This document shows, piece by piece, positions 60,451-64,000 of a stretch of 64,000 bases of DNA. This DNA comes from Callorhinchus milii (taxonomy: Eukaryota). The stretch spans positions 1 to 64,000 of the forward strand of contig NW_024705104.1 in the NCBI RefSeq assembly GCF_018977255.1, read 5' to 3'. Position numbers and translations under genes: made by a program. The notes under the pieces are model-generated. The model had not been told where the DNA came from, did not search any database, and saw only the letters and a program-made list of their open reading frames with translations. Numbering within the stretch: the first letter of the stretch is position 1; every line of letters begins with the position of its first letter.

Positions 60451-61528
60451 TTGGCAAGAGCGCACGCCTCACTAGCGAGAGGACACCTGTTTGGTTCTCA
60501 GATAGGCAAAATCTTAGGAAAATTCCATTAATCCACCCAACCGACTCTGTTTATCAACAGCAAGTAGGAACCAGCTTTCAATTTAATATCTCAGGGTTAA
60601 AAGTCCCTTCAAATAGACATGTCTCGAAATTTTGATAAAGCCTAGTGTCAAACGCAAGGATCCTTGGACAGAGTGATGCCACAAGAGATGTGAGGACTGG
60701 ACAATTCCCAGTGTCCATTTCCTGGATCATTGTGAGGAGAATCAAAAATACTTTGATAGAGAGGGAAAGACAAACAGGGAGAGAGACATAGATAGAGAGA
60801 GAGGAGAGAGAAAAACAAACAAACAAAAAGGCAGAGAGGCAGAAAGTATATTGGAGCGAGAGAAGGACAGGAATGGTGTTCCCACATGTCCTGCGACGAG
60901 TGATTTGGAAATTTTATCAAATGTTCCAGCAATATGTCGGTTAAAAANTACAGGAAATGGAAACAATATATGAAGACAAGCAGTTCTGAAGTCGTTCATG
61001 ACATTGTTTCCAGTGAGAGGAAAGAATTGTAGAAGAATATATTTCTTACAGAAGAGGATCTTCCCAGTGTGGGCCTGAACCACCAACCATTCAGTTAACA
61101 CAGAACGCTCGAAACTATTGCACCACAGAGACGTCTGTCCATAATTTTTGAAGAAAATTACAGCGTTTCATTGACGCAATTAATGTCATGGGCAGGTCCT
61201 GAGTTGATAAGTCATCACCACACCTCTAACTGAGTTACTCAAAGCTGATATCTTAATGCCAATGAATGGAAAACACCTGATCAGTGTGTGATCTGGGACT
61301 GTTTGCTCAACAGCACCTTGTTCTCCCACAACAGATACATAAATCAAGTACAAATGGCTTTAAAATTTTAGTTGGATCAACATACTACTAACTTAGGAAC
61401 AACGATTTTTAGAGAAGAGTTTAATATGTAATCAGCAATATAAGACTTACAAGTCCGAGATAACCATTAGTTATTGTTCAGAAAATACAAGTGCAAGATG
61501 TACAGGAATGAAGAAGACCCTAAGCGTC

Positions 61529-61608
61529 TGATAGCGGTGGGATACGAACCCACGTCCGCGAAGAGACTGGAGCCTAAATCCAGCGCCGCAGACCTCGGCC
61601 ACACAATG
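61529..61608 (-). pseudogene. tRNA-Leu(UAG) pseudogene
   Basis: GTGGCCGAGGTCTGCGGCGCTGGATTTAGGCTCCAGTCTCTTCG..GTGGGTTCGTATCCCACCGCTATCA; 5' acceptor strand and D-loop damaged. Confidence 0.82.
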
Positions 61609-61856
61609 CCCTGTTTGCCCTTCTCTCCGAGATGTGTTATACCGACATATCTCACAATTCATGTCAACAGTTTCTCCTGCCATGACAGAGAGCTGCGCCC
61701 ATACTCGGACAGAATGTACGCATTGCTTTCGTAAAAGAGCACCGACTTCGGCAAATTCATCAACAATTTCAACAATTATTCCGTCCAGATTCAAACAAAC
61801 CAGGTGCAGAAGCATTTGATTTACATAAATTTCCCGTTATTAATCAGCGCACTGAG

Positions 61857-61929
61857 GTTTTCGTAGTGTAGTGGTTATCATTTGCGCCTCACACTCGAAT
61901 GGTCCCACCTTCGATAACTGGCGGAAACT
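61857..61929 (+). pseudogene. tRNA-Val(CAC) pseudogene
   Basis: GTTTTCGTAGTGTAGTGGTTATCATTTGCGCCTCACACTCGAATGGTCCCACCTTCGATAACTGGCGGAAAC; B-box/T-arm degraded. Confidence 0.82.
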
Positions 61930-62149
61930 TTTATTTAACTTTTATTAAGCAACAATTGGCAAATACAATGCAGAGTGCTTGGGTTACACATGGGCCTCTA
62001 TGGAATGGCACAGTGGAAATGAAGCCAGGAGAAGTGCATGTTAAGGTTTTACAGAGGAAATTGAAAATAGATAGAGAGTGACTCGTGGTGATTGCGAGGT
62101 GACTGAAGATCATTCCATCGGTGACAACGAAAGGACGGGACACACAGGT

Positions 62150-62420
62150 AAAGTGAGTGTTAGCTCAGTGCAGGAGTTGGGCAGAGACAAACAGGGAAGA
62201 ACAGTGTTAGCTCAGTGCTGGAGGCGGGCATGAGACACGCGGGGAAGGTCAGTGTCAGCTCAGTGCAGGGGATGGGCAGAGGCACACAGGGAAGGTCAGT
62301 GTTAGCTCAGTGCAGGAGGTGGGCAGAGATACACAGGAAAGGACAGTGTTAGCTCAGTGCAGGAGGTAGGCAGAGACACGCGGGGAAAATCAGTGTTAGT
62401 TGAGTGCAGCAGATCGGCAG
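62150..62420. repeat. ~45-bp minisatellite (CAGTGTTAGCTCAGTGCAGGAG.TGGGCAGAGACAC.CAGGGAAGG)n
   Basis: About 6 units; only ~1-2 units at the paralogous site 53540-53610. Confidence 0.88.
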
Positions 62421-64000
62421 AGACATAGCAGTAAGCAAAGTGTTGGCTGACAGCAGGAGTTGGGCAGAGATGTGTCTGTGAGGAAACCAGAGAGATACCG
62501 ATGCGCTGGGGTGTGAAAGCTTGTGATGCCGCTGACCTGGAAAGCAGCAGCAACAGCAACAACAAGTTGTAATTATAAAGCGCCCTCAACACAGTGTGGA
62601 GTCTCAGGCTGTCAGGTGCAGCCGAGGTGTGATGTGGGTCAATGGGAGGGCGCTGGTTCTGGAGGGTGGGGGTAATGGAGTGGAGATTAGGAGGAGTTGG
62701 ACATCGTGGAATATGGAAATGTTGAGACCAGCGAGAACTGCGTTTGAGCAGTCGATTCACGTCCAGATGTGGTAACCTTTTTCTGAATTGAATAATCAAT
62801 AGCCCTTTGTGAAAATCTTATCACATCCCGATCGACCACATTAACTTCACTGGTTAAACAGACGATTGAATTATAACCGCTGATCATTTATTCAACATAA
62901 TCCATGTGTGTGGCTCTGAGGATGAAAACAGACTGAGTTATGGAACCGAAATGTCTTCCATTCCTGCTGCTCACTTTCCTCACCCGAGAGTTTGGACTTC
63001 ATTCCTGTGTCTGAAATGAATATTTAAAATATAATATGCAATTGAAATTACAAATCAACTGAGACAACATTTTGTGCTCGTGCATTCAATGACAAAATGC
63101 TTCACCGCCCGGGATTCTCAATGATTGAGCAATCAACTGAGATGATTTTGTGGATATCACTGAATTTTGTGGATATCACAGCTGAATCCTTAAGTAAACC
63201 AACGGATTGTTTAAAACCAGCGAAATGTGTGCCTGCATTTCAATCTGAATCTCTGTATCTGCAAGATCATGAGCAACCGATGAGATAAACTTGTATGCGT
63301 GTGGACATTTGCTGAGAAGTTCATAAATCAACAATATTATAAATGGTCAAAATAAGCAAATGCCCTCCGGAAAAAATAACCACAGAGAAAAAACATGAAG
63401 TCAAACTGGAAGACAACCTCCATTGGTAAGTTTCAGCCCATCGGACACTCACTGTAATGGTGACACAGAGGGAATTCCTCTGGCACTGTCTGCAATGTTT
63501 ACAATTAATTCAACTCTCGACACACAGATTATATGAAAGCTATATTCATATACTAGCATAGTTCCCAGTGGTAATTACATACAATTAAATTTTGCTAAAG
63601 GTTCGTGAGCATATAATACGTTTCGTGGGTGGACATGCGTGCAAAGACGGCGGTGGATAGTGGGGAGGGTTGATGTGCGCATTCGGTGGAGGGGAGGATG
63701 ACCAAAAGCGCCATCAAATAGGTTCATTTGAAGCTCTTTGAAAGACGTTTTATCTGCGAGATAGTTTTCCGGAAGACGAGGTGTATCATGGCTGAAATCT
63801 CACATAGTGTGGCGCATATTGGTGGTGGGTGGGCGTTTGGGGGTGGGGCGGGGGAGGCGGGTGGGATATGAAGCTGTCGGCGTTTGTTGAGGAATGGTAT
63901 GGTTGGGTCAGTTGGCTTCAAGGAAGGGGCGGAGGAAGGGCCGTGTGAGGGAATGAGGGCCTTTGAAATTGAAGGCATAGTCGATGACGATGCCCTTCAG
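62365..64000. repeat. Segmental duplication arm (inverted copy of 51945-53610), runs off the window end
   Basis: The reverse complement of 63961-64000 matches 51945-51985; collinear back to the 45-bp minisatellite. Confidence 0.88.

Overview
Eukaryotic, repeat-rich window, most likely from a cartilaginous fish. The taxon is inferred from shark-type V-D-D-J cluster architecture, GPR139-like two-exon GPCRs, and Deu-type SINEs with L2/CR1 LINEs. The main signal is a compact, RAG-competent antigen-receptor cassette at 17.1-18.9 kb: leader, V-23RSS, 12-D-22, 12-D-12, 23-J(WGQG). Its V keeps a full CDR2 but has camelid-VHH-like FR2 residues (Y37/Q44/R45/K47) and a CDR1 Cys, and its J encodes a Cys. 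Instead of a constant exon, the J is followed by what looks like a decayed leaderless second V exon, resembling the double-V NAR-TCR/TCR-mu design. No constant region is recognisable in the window. Around it lie: five GPR139/142-like GPCR genes plus a fragment (two intact, two with a GC-AG intron); scattered tRNA genes (one intact Glu-CTC, several pseudogenes, two copies of an intron-containing tRNA-Lys(UUU)); a non-coding LTR element with a tRNA-Ser primer site; a young L2 sharing its 3' tail with a tRNA-Ala-headed SINE; a 20-bp satellite; and two inverted segmental duplications whose ends fall in tandem repeats. All calls were made by eye without database searches; repeat boundaries are approximate.
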